Shown here one piece after another: positions 56,696 through 64,000 of a DNA stretch of 64,000 bases (its first letter is position 1; each line of letters opens with the position of its first letter). Made by a program: the position numbers and the translations under genes. Source of the stretch: Candidatus Multivoradales bacterium. GTDB lineage: Bacteria > Acidobacteriota > Thermoanaerobaculia > Multivoradales > J023. The notes under the pieces are model-generated. The model did not search any database and was not told the DNA's origin. It saw nothing but the letters and a program-made list of their open reading frames with translations. The stretch spans positions 3,872,001 through 3,936,000 of the forward strand of contig CBDFLE010000006.1 in the NCBI GenBank assembly GCA_965248925.1, read 5' to 3'.

Positions 56696-58378
56696 CTAGC
56701 GTTGCTTCGCCAAACGCAGACGAACCCTGCCGGGAGTCAGCTCGGCACCTGTGGCGCTGCTCAGTTGCAGCAGGTGGGAGGTGGGACTGACTTCAAGGTC
56801 CAGACGTAGGCGGCGGCCGGGCCACACCGGCTCTAAAGCCACCGTAACGCCGTTGAGGGCTACCCGTGCCACGTTACCCCCTTGGGGAATCTGGTCGAGT
56901 TCGATCTCCAGACCGCTGGCGGCGTAGGCGGGGAAGAACAACAAACTGGAGACTCCACCGGTGGCAGTCCAATCGCTGGCCAGCCAGCCATCGCGACCGA
57001 GACGCTGCAACTTGCCGCTGGCTTCAGCTACCTGCTGCGGGTTGCGCTGTGCTTCCGCCAGTTTGGCGGTGGCCAGCCAATAGCCGGCCGTCTGTCGGCT
57101 GGCCGGATCAACCAGGCGCTTTGCTCGCGCGGCGTCCTCGAGCAGGCCGCGGTCAGTCAGCAGGTGGATCTTGGCTAGCAGGTAGGGAGCCCAGGCTCTG
57201 ATTGACAGAGTGTCGGCGCGGCGTTCGAAACGTTCGGCGGTATGCAAATCGCCAGCGTAGAGCGCGGCTCTGGCGGCTTGCGCGGGTGGTAACTTGCCAG
57301 TGGCCGCCCACAACCGGCCGAAGGCGTCACTGGTCAGCGGCTGTTGGCCCAAGTCAGCAAGCTCAAGGGTCCAAGCGAGCCAGCGATGCAATTGTTGGGG
57401 CAGGGTTTGATCGTGGATACCGGCGGGAGCGTTGTGTAGTGCCTCGCTAAACAACGGTGCAAAACGCTGCTCCAGGGGTGCGGTGGAGAGGACCTTCATG
57501 AACAGCTGCCGGCTGTTGTAGACATCGCCCTTGCGCAGGCGTTGCAGAGCTTCGTCGAGGTCTCGCCGGAGCTGTTGCTCGAGACTGTCGAGGCGGCGCC
57601 GCTCGGCGATTTTGAAGGTGCGCCAATTGCCCTGCTGGGCGTAGATGGCGGTCACCTGCGCCCAGGCCGCGGGGTTCTCGGGCAAGGGGGCGAAGGCTTC
57701 TTCGACATTATCGGCGAGCTGCAACCAGGTGGGCACCAGCCGCGCGAAAGCCTCCGGATCACGCTCGAACACCTGCACCAGCAGCTGATAGGCGCGCTCG
57801 CGCTTGGCGGCGGAGAGAGCGTGCCAGAGTTCGAGATAGGTGGTCACCAGAAAGCGAGCCGGTTCGGGTTGGCCACTGGCATCGGCCAGCGCCTTCTCGA
57901 GCGGCGCTTCCCAGCTGCTCGCTTCGGTGAACAGCCGCGGATCCTGGCGCAACAGCAGATCCAGGTAAGTCGCGGCACCGAGAAAGAGGGTGGCTTCCCA
58001 ACTGCTCGGCTGTTCGGCCAGCACTTGCCGGGCGAGTCGTTTGGCCTGCTGTAGGCGAGCGCTTCGCTCCTCGATCTGTGCCGCGTGCTCACTCGTAGGC
58101 AGCTTGTCGAGGGCGGGCGCTGCCATCACATCGTTGATCAAGATGCGGCAGGCCAGGATGCGGGCGTGCAGCGGTGTGCGCTCGCGCCTCAATCGCTGTC
58201 GTGCCGGGTCGGTGGGCTTGCCGGTGGCGGGTCCGACCAGCTCGGTCAACTGCTGGCGGTTCTGCATCCAGCCCAGCCAGCCGAGACCGGAGGCCAGGGC
58301 GAGCAGCAGGGCCAAGGCGCCGAGCAGCAGGCGGGGGGCGATTGGGGTGGTGGCGGATGGCGGTGAATTGTTGGGCAT
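56696..58378 (-). CDS. Membrane-anchored helical-repeat (TPR-like) hypothetical protein
   Basis: N-terminal TM, long Ala/Leu/Arg-rich helical repeats and a short C-terminal beta domain. Confidence 0.6.
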   Translation of the reverse strand: MPNNSPPSATTPIAPRLLLGALALLLALASGLGWLGWMQNRQQLTELVGPATGKPTDPARQRLRRERTPLHARILACRILINDVMAAPALDKLPTSEHAAQIEERSARLQQAKRLARQVLAEQPSSWEATLFLGAATYLDLLLRQDPRLFTEASSWEAPLEKALADASGQPEPARFLVTTYLELWHALSAAKRERAYQLLVQVFERDPEAFARLVPTWLQLADNVEEAFAPLPENPAAWAQVTAIYAQQGNWRTFKIAERRRLDSLEQQLRRDLDEALQRLRKGDVYNSRQLFMKVLSTAPLEQRFAPLFSEALHNAPAGIHDQTLPQQLHRWLAWTLELADLGQQPLTSDAFGRLWAATGKLPPAQAARAALYAGDLHTAERFERRADTLSIRAWAPYLLAKIHLLTDRGLLEDAARAKRLVDPASRQTAGYWLATAKLAEAQRNPQQVAEASGKLQRLGRDGWLASDWTATGGVSSLLFFPAYAASGLEIELDQIPQGGNVARVALNGVTVALEPVWPGRRLRLDLEVSPTSHLLQLSSATGAELTPGRVRLRLAKQR

Positions 58379-58421
58379 AGTCCAAATTTGGGCAGCGATT
58401 CTCAGCATACTATTGCAGGCG

Positions 58422-58832
58422 ATGAGAGATCGGTCCCCAAACCTTGCCCCCAGTCGGCGGGCCCATGTCGCGGCGGTCGGCTGGACGTCGCTGGTGTTGG
58501 TGCTCTTGTTGATGCCGGGTAGTCAGTTGCAGAATCCAAGTGCCGGCTTACCCTTCGGCCTGCCGCCGTGGTCTGACAAGGTGGTCCACGCCTTGCTGTT
58601 CTTCTTCGAGGCCATGGCTCTCGACCGCTCCTGGCGCCGTCTGAGGCGATTTTCCCAGCCTTTGCGCTCGGCTTGTATGGCGGCAGTGGGGCTCGGGGTC
58701 GGCACCGAGTTGCTGCAGCTGTTGATTCCAGCCCGCGGGCTAGAGGGCGGCGATCTGTTGGTGAATGTCGGCGCGGTTCTGTTCTATGGTCTGTTGGTTT
58801 CGCGGTATGCAATGGGTGGCAAAACCGGCTAG
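58422..58832 (+). CDS. VanZ family membrane protein
   Basis: DKVVHALLF, TELLQ.LIPAR and DLLVN. Confidence 0.85.
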   Translation: MRDRSPNLAPSRRAHVAAVGWTSLVLVLLLMPGSQLQNPSAGLPFGLPPWSDKVVHALLFFFEAMALDRSWRRLRRFSQPLRSACMAAVGLGVGTELLQLLIPARGLEGGDLLVNVGAVLFYGLLVSRYAMGGKTG

Positions 58833-58930
58833 GGTGTGCACCGTCGAGCACCGGACGACTCTGGTGCCAACCACTCGCATCACCCGCAACAGCCCTGGGG
58901 TTGGCAGCGCCGCTCTGGGGTGGGGAGCCC

Positions 58931-59878
58931 ATGAGAGTTACCGAGCATCTGGACCGTGCCACTCGCCCGTTGATCAGTTTCGAGCTCATCCCGCCGTTGC
59001 GTGGTGGCGACATCCGCGGTCTGCTCCAGCTGATCGAGGACTTGGTCGAGCACCGGCCACCTTTTATCGACATCACCAGTCACGCCGCCGAGGTGATCTA
59101 TGAAGAGACCTCGGATGGGATCCGCAAGAAGACCAAGCGCAAGCGCCCCGGAACCCTCGGAGTCTGCGCCCTGATTCAGAACAAGTACAACGTCGATGCT
59201 GTGCCGCACGTGCTCTGCCAGGGCTTCTCGCGCGAGGAGACGGAGGATTTTCTGATCGAGCTGCGGTACCTGGGCATCGACAATGTACTCGCCGTGCGCG
59301 GCGACGATAGTGGCTACAAGAAACCGCTGCGCGATGGCCGTACGCCGAACTCCTATGCTGCCGATCTGATCAGCCAGATTCGAGACATGAACCAGGGTCA
59401 CTACCTGGAGGATTTGCTCGATGCCGATCCCTCCGATTTTTGTATCGGTGCCGCCGGCTATCCGGAAAAGCACTTCGAGGCTCCCAACCTCAGAGCCGAT
59501 GTGCGGCGGATCAAGCAGAAAGTCGAGGCCGGTGCGGACTATGTTGTCACCCAGATGTTCTTCGACAACCAGCACTATTTCCACTTTCTCGACCTATGCC
59601 GCGAAGAGGGGGTCGAAGTGCCGGTGATTCCCGGCCTCAAGATCATTACCCGAGCCAACCAACTGAAGTCGATTCCGCGCAATTTCTACTGCGAGATTCC
59701 CGCCGATCTGGCGGACGAAGTTGCCGCCGCCAAACCGGAGCAAGTGGCTGAAGTGGGGGTCGAATGGGCGACCCGTCAGACACTTGAGTTGCTCGAACGG
59801 GGGGTTCCTTCGGTGCATTTCTACATCATGCAAAGCTCGCGGGCGATCAACTCTCTGCTGACCAAGATCGACCTTTAG
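58931..59878 (+). CDS. metF: 5,10-methylenetetrahydrofolate reductase
   Basis: SFELIPPLRG, AVRGD, AGYPEKH, GADYVVTQMFFDN and HFY. Confidence 0.95.
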   Translation: MRVTEHLDRATRPLISFELIPPLRGGDIRGLLQLIEDLVEHRPPFIDITSHAAEVIYEETSDGIRKKTKRKRPGTLGVCALIQNKYNVDAVPHVLCQGFSREETEDFLIELRYLGIDNVLAVRGDDSGYKKPLRDGRTPNSYAADLISQIRDMNQGHYLEDLLDADPSDFCIGAAGYPEKHFEAPNLRADVRRIKQKVEAGADYVVTQMFFDNQHYFHFLDLCREEGVEVPVIPGLKIITRANQLKSIPRNFYCEIPADLADEVAAAKPEQVAEVGVEWATRQTLELLERGVPSVHFYIMQSSRAINSLLTKIDL

Positions 59879-59887
59879 GAGCTGCTG

Positions 59888-61333
59888 ATGGGTGGTGCTC
59901 CCAAGTGGGTCTTGTTCCTTGTGGTCAGCATCACCCTCTTGTCCGCGACCCGGTCGCCAGCCTGGGGCGCGGCGAGTGCCCAGCGCGGCTGGCTGGCGGT
60001 GCAGGGTGAGAGGCAGCTCGACAGCCATCGGGCGGACGAACTCTTCGTGCCCGGATCGGTGCTCAAGCTGGTGGTGGTGGCGACGGCTTTGCACCATTTG
60101 GGGCCGGGCTACCGGGTGGTCACCGAGCTGCGCCCGACGGGCAAGTGGGCTGATGGCCCATCAGCCGACGGCACGCTAGCCGTCGGCACGCTGGCAGGTG
60201 ACTTGGTGTGGGTCGCCGCTGGCGACCCGACTTGGAACCACTTGCTCTTCGCCGACGATCCCTACCTACCTTTGCGCCAGATGGTAGGTAGCTTGAAAGA
60301 CCGGGGCCTGCGCCGGATAGAAGGCGATCTGGTGATCGACCTCAGTCACTTTCCCGGGCGCAGTCTCCCCCTCGGGCGGCCGCTGGGTGATCTGATGGCG
60401 GCCTTCGGCGCGCCTGCCGCGGCGGTGGCGGTGGACCAGGCGGCCGCCGTGGTGCGGATCGCCCCCGGCTCCCGACCGGGAGCCGCCGGGTCGGCCCGCA
60501 GTCTCACTCCGGGTCTCGAGGTCGAAGCCCAGTTGATCACCGTCGGCGCTGAGCGCCACGGCAAGGGTACGGTGGATTTCTTGCCCGATTGGCAGCAGCC
60601 TCGGCTTTTGGTGCGCGGTGAGTATCCGCTGAGCGAGCCGTCCTATCGGGTCGAGGTGCCGATGCCGGCGGCGGAGTTGCATGCCGGCCACGTCCTGCGG
60701 CGAATCTTGGCTGAAGAGGGAATCGAGCTGCGGGGGCAGGTGCGGCTGAGCTCGACCGCGCCAACCACTGGCGAGCCGTGGGCGAGTTGGTCTTCGCCGC
60801 CGTTGTCGGCCTGGCTCGAGCCGATTCTCAGCGACAGCCGCAATTGGTGGGCCGAGATGTTGCTGCGGGTGGTGGCGCGAGCGGTGGTCGGGGAAGGGCG
60901 TTACGACGAAGGCCTGGCCATCGAAGGTCGCTTTCTGACCGCGGTAGTTGGTGTCGAGGTGGCTTCGTTTCGCCTCGACGATGCTTCCGGACAGTCGGTC
61001 TACAACCTGCTGACGCCGCGAACCGTGGTCGAGCTGCTGCGTTTCGTCGCCGGCCAGCCTTGGGGTCGGAAGTTCATCGATGCCTTGGCTCGGCCCGGCC
61101 GTGGAACCTTGAAGCATGCTACCGATCTGCCACCGCTCGCCGCCAAGACCGGCACTCTGACGGTAGCTCGCGGATTCGCGGGTTATATCGATCCGCGAGC
61201 TGAACTGCCGGTGATCTTCGCTGTTTTCACCCAGCATTCGCCGGCCAGCGCCGCAGCGCAGCGCAGCGGGCTATTCGCTGCCGTGCGTGGTTTCAGAAGC
61301 CGCGTGGAGGCTGGCGCGGTGCCGCCGAACTGA
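59888..61333 (+). CDS. dacB: D-alanyl-D-alanine carboxypeptidase/endopeptidase (PBP4, peptidase S13)
   Basis: PGSVLK (SxxK), GDPT, SRN, DASG and AKTGT. Confidence 0.9.
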   Translation: MGGAPKWVLFLVVSITLLSATRSPAWGAASAQRGWLAVQGERQLDSHRADELFVPGSVLKLVVVATALHHLGPGYRVVTELRPTGKWADGPSADGTLAVGTLAGDLVWVAAGDPTWNHLLFADDPYLPLRQMVGSLKDRGLRRIEGDLVIDLSHFPGRSLPLGRPLGDLMAAFGAPAAAVAVDQAAAVVRIAPGSRPGAAGSARSLTPGLEVEAQLITVGAERHGKGTVDFLPDWQQPRLLVRGEYPLSEPSYRVEVPMPAAELHAGHVLRRILAEEGIELRGQVRLSSTAPTTGEPWASWSSPPLSAWLEPILSDSRNWWAEMLLRVVARAVVGEGRYDEGLAIEGRFLTAVVGVEVASFRLDDASGQSVYNLLTPRTVVELLRFVAGQPWGRKFIDALARPGRGTLKHATDLPPLAAKTGTLTVARGFAGYIDPRAELPVIFAVFTQHSPASAAAQRSGLFAAVRGFRSRVEAGAVPPN

Positions 61334-63356
61334 GCTCGTCAGGCTCTCCCCAGGCTAGATGTTCCGCGAGTTCGGCGAGTAGTTCTTGGGTGGCGAGCGG
61401 TGAGGCGTGATGTGCCTCATCGAGGAATTGGCGTTGCCGCCGTGGATGGCCGTTGTGGCCGGCCAAGACGGCGGCGGCGACCCGGGTCCGGACGCTGTCG
61501 AGGCCGCTGGCACGGGCCGCCCGCAGGTGCTCGGAGGCCCGCTGCCACCAACCGGCACGGAGTTCTAGCAGGGTGGCGTTGATCAGCGCCGGTGGGTAGT
61601 TTGGCAGTCGCCGCAGGGCTTCGAGATAGCTCTCATAGCCGGCGCGAGGTTGTCCCAGGCGCTCCAGAGCAATGCCTCGTAGATTGTGGATTCGTGGCTC
61701 CCGGGCCAGGTTGAGGGCCGCTCGGTCGAGTGCCGCGAGTGCCTCGGCGGGCTGCTCTGCGGCCAATTGGGAGGTTGCCAGCTGGAGCAAGACGGCCGCT
61801 TTGTCGGGCTCTAGATCGAGGCTCCGCTGGGCGTCGGCTATGGCCTCGGTGATGGCGCCATGTTGGTAGTGAGCGATCGACCGAAAGAAAAAATCTCGAG
61901 CCTGGCTCGGTGGTTTGGCCGGCGGCAGGTTGGCCAGCGACAGGGCGGCGATGCCAGTGGCGAGGCTCACCATCACCGCCAACCGCCTCCATTGCCGCCC
62001 ACTGACGCTCCGCCACAGGGCCACCACGCCGCCACCCGCAAGCACCGCCAGCGGCGGCCACAGGGGCAGGCGGTAGCGGGCGTTGACGAAGAACAGACTC
62101 ACCCCCAAGCTGTAGCAGGCTACCTGTGACAAGAGCCACAGCAGGCGGCTGCGCTGCCCTCGCTGCTCCTGCTGCCAAACCAGGACGGCTCCCAGGGGTG
62201 CGAGTGCCAGCAACAGCCACCAACGCACTGGTAGGCGGCGCAACAGTGGTGATTCGCGGCCAGCGACGAAGGCATAGCTCTTGTTGTTGGAAATCTCGCG
62301 ATTCCAGGTCCAATAGGCCGCCTTGCGGGCCAATAAGCCGAACCAGCGTCGCGGGTCCGCAGCGATCTCCTCTTGACCGCGGTGCCGCCAGTAGCGCGAC
62401 ACCAGCCGCGGATCGGCTACCGCTGTTGGCGCTAGCTGCCGCGCCTGGCGGTAGCCTTGCTCGGCAAAAGCCTCGACCGAATCTCGATAGTCCGCGGCGT
62501 AGGTCACCGCTTGGTCTTGGCGTGGCGTGCGGCCGTCCGCCGTAGCCTTGTTGCCGAGGTAGAAGTTGATCCCAGAAGCGGTGGGCAGCAGCTGCCAGTG
62601 GCCGACCCAGGGACGCTGTAGGGCGCCGCTCAATGCCAGCATTAGGAAGGCGGCGCCAAGCCCCGCCGCGCTTGCCGCCAAGCGGCGGCCGCGCCGCGCC
62701 GGATCCCCCGGCCAAGCCAAGATCGGGTAAGCGGCCAACACCGGCAACAGAGTGGGGCGCAGCACTGCTGCCAGCCCACCGCAGGCGCCGGCCAGCAGCC
62801 AGCGTCGCCAACCGGCCGCAGTTGCGGTGGTCCAAAGGTCGATGCGGCTCGCCGCCAGCAGGTGGGCGGTCAGCAGTAGGGTGAAGAGGGAGGTGGTCAG
62901 CAATTCGCCTTCGAAGTACAGCGGGGGCCCGGCCAGGGCGTAGAGCAATCCAGCGGCCAGGCCGGCGCTTGGGCGCCCCGTCAGCCGCCCAGCGAGGACC
63001 GCCACCAGCGCGCTGGTGACGATGCCCGAGAGATGCTGCACGGCGGTCGCCAAGACTATGCCCCAGTCGGCACTGCCGCGATAAAGCAGAGCCAGCAACG
63101 CTGGGTAGGCCAGGGAGCGGAAACTGGCCGAAAAGGGCTCCAGCTCCTGTCCTCTGGCGAGGGCTCGGGCAACAGAGTCGTAGTAGCGACTGTCGAGCAC
63201 CGGCACGGTGGCAAAGGGTGAGGCCAGGTGCTCAACAAAATAAAGCAAGCGCACCAAGGTGGCGGTGGCGACGCTCCACACAACGACCCGCAACGGGGTG
63301 AGCAGGAACCGCTTGGGAAGTTCTGGGTGGAGCTGTGCTGGGCGATCTGCGCTCAT
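61293..63356 (-). CDS. GT-C (ArnT/GT39-like) membrane glycosyltransferase with C-terminal TPR repeats
   Basis: LDSRYYD, GINFYLGN, FFVNARYRLP, multiple TMs and a TPR tail. Confidence 0.8.
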   Translation of the reverse strand: MSADRPAQLHPELPKRFLLTPLRVVVWSVATATLVRLLYFVEHLASPFATVPVLDSRYYDSVARALARGQELEPFSASFRSLAYPALLALLYRGSADWGIVLATAVQHLSGIVTSALVAVLAGRLTGRPSAGLAAGLLYALAGPPLYFEGELLTTSLFTLLLTAHLLAASRIDLWTTATAAGWRRWLLAGACGGLAAVLRPTLLPVLAAYPILAWPGDPARRGRRLAASAAGLGAAFLMLALSGALQRPWVGHWQLLPTASGINFYLGNKATADGRTPRQDQAVTYAADYRDSVEAFAEQGYRQARQLAPTAVADPRLVSRYWRHRGQEEIAADPRRWFGLLARKAAYWTWNREISNNKSYAFVAGRESPLLRRLPVRWWLLLALAPLGAVLVWQQEQRGQRSRLLWLLSQVACYSLGVSLFFVNARYRLPLWPPLAVLAGGGVVALWRSVSGRQWRRLAVMVSLATGIAALSLANLPPAKPPSQARDFFFRSIAHYQHGAITEAIADAQRSLDLEPDKAAVLLQLATSQLAAEQPAEALAALDRAALNLAREPRIHNLRGIALERLGQPRAGYESYLEALRRLPNYPPALINATLLELRAGWWQRASEHLRAARASGLDSVRTRVAAAVLAGHNGHPRRQRQFLDEAHHASPLATQELLAELAEHLAWGEPDELSSAAPRQPPRGF

Positions 63357-63436
63357 CAGGAGTGGCGATGGATTGGGTGGTCAGGGCCGCGAAGCAGATT
63401 ATCAGAACCTGGCCCAAGCCTTGCTACACTCTGCCC

Positions 63437-64000
63437 ATGGAGCGGGTGCCGATGCAACAAGGGGCGGTGTGGCGGGTAGTTTTGTTCTCACTGTTCTTCA
63501 GTAGCTGGCTATTGCTGCCGCTGGCAGCTACCGCGGCCTCGGCCGAGGAAGCCCTGCGTTGGTTGCGAGAATACGTCCAGATCGATACCACCAATCCCCC
63601 TGGCAATGAGCGTCCGGCGGCCGAATACCTGGCTGCGTTGTTGGCCAAAGAAGGTGTCGAAAGCCGGTTGTTGCACAGCCCCGAGGGCCGCACCAGCCTC
63701 TATGCTCGGGTCTCGGCGAGGAATTCGGAGTCGGGCGCCTTACTCTTGCTGCACCATTTGGACGTGGTTCCAGCGGGCAGCGGCTGGAGCCAGCCGCCTT
63801 TCTCTGGTCGGCTTCATCAAGGGCAGATCTGGGGCCGCGGGGCACTCGATTCGAAGAGTCTGGGCATTGCTCAACTGGTCGCCATGGTGCGGGCCCAACG
63901 GGTCGCCGATTCGCTGCGACGCGATCTGGTGCTGCTGGCGGTGGCCGATGAGGAGGTCGGTGGTGGGGAAGGGGCAGGGTGGATTCTCGACCAACATGCC
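63437..64000 (+). CDS. M20/M25/M40 family metallopeptidase, runs off the window end
   Basis: Manual translation gives IDTTNPPGNE, LLHHLDVVPA, IWGRGALDSK and ADEEVGG. Confidence 0.9.
   Translation, partial: MERVPMQQGAVWRVVLFSLFFSSWLLLPLAATAASAEEALRWLREYVQIDTTNPPGNERPAAEYLAALLAKEGVESRLLHSPEGRTSLYARVSARNSESGALLLLHHLDVVPAGSGWSQPPFSGRLHQGQIWGRGALDSKSLGIAQLVAMVRAQRVADSLRRDLVLLAVADEEVGGGEGAGWILDQHA

Noticed and set aside
58833-58930. SAM or other riboswitch upstream of metF
   Set aside because: Only a short hairpin (GCACCGGA...TCTGGTGC) is visible, and I could not recognise any SAM-I/II/SAH consensus.

Overview
This is a GC-rich bacterial window, probably from Acidobacteriota (Thermoanaerobaculia-like). 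That is an inference from gene content and one C-terminal IFADGFESGD motif. Most of it is a minus-strand Wzx/Wzy exopolysaccharide or capsule locus (about 55.2 kb down to 6.7 kb). The locus encodes an outer-membrane beta-barrel, a short OPX/Wza, Wzc, CpsB phosphatase, a TPR protein, neuB-neuC-dehydrogenase-neuA, methyltransferases, Wzx, Wzy, GT2/GT4 enzymes, a carbamoyltransferase, CapA, a deacetylase and a GNAT. It is interrupted by a ~20 kb layered variable region (18.2-37.9 kb). That region holds three diverged copies or remnants of a nucleotidyltransferase-kinase gene and two copies of a TlpA gene end. It also holds an intact IS with terminal repeats, a target duplication and three internal 20-bp palindromes, a nonsense-inactivated IS110 with a long structured 3' non-coding region, an S8 protease, an SGNH hydrolase, and a coupled PHP-ATPase (TrlF/Ppl-like) plus Schlafen/AlbA_2 gene pair that looks like a defence cassette. 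A ~1690-aa secreted RG-lyase-like/beta-propeller/LamG protein converges on the 3' end of the operon. The right end is housekeeping-like (O-antigen ligase, VanZ, metF, dacB, TPR-GT-C, M20 peptidase). No rRNA, tRNA or CRISPR array was seen. The best candidates for undescribed biology are the PHP-ATPase/Schlafen pair, the palindrome-bearing IS, the giant secreted enzyme and the heavily decorated nonulosonate polysaccharide. All family calls come from motif recognition by eye, without database searches.
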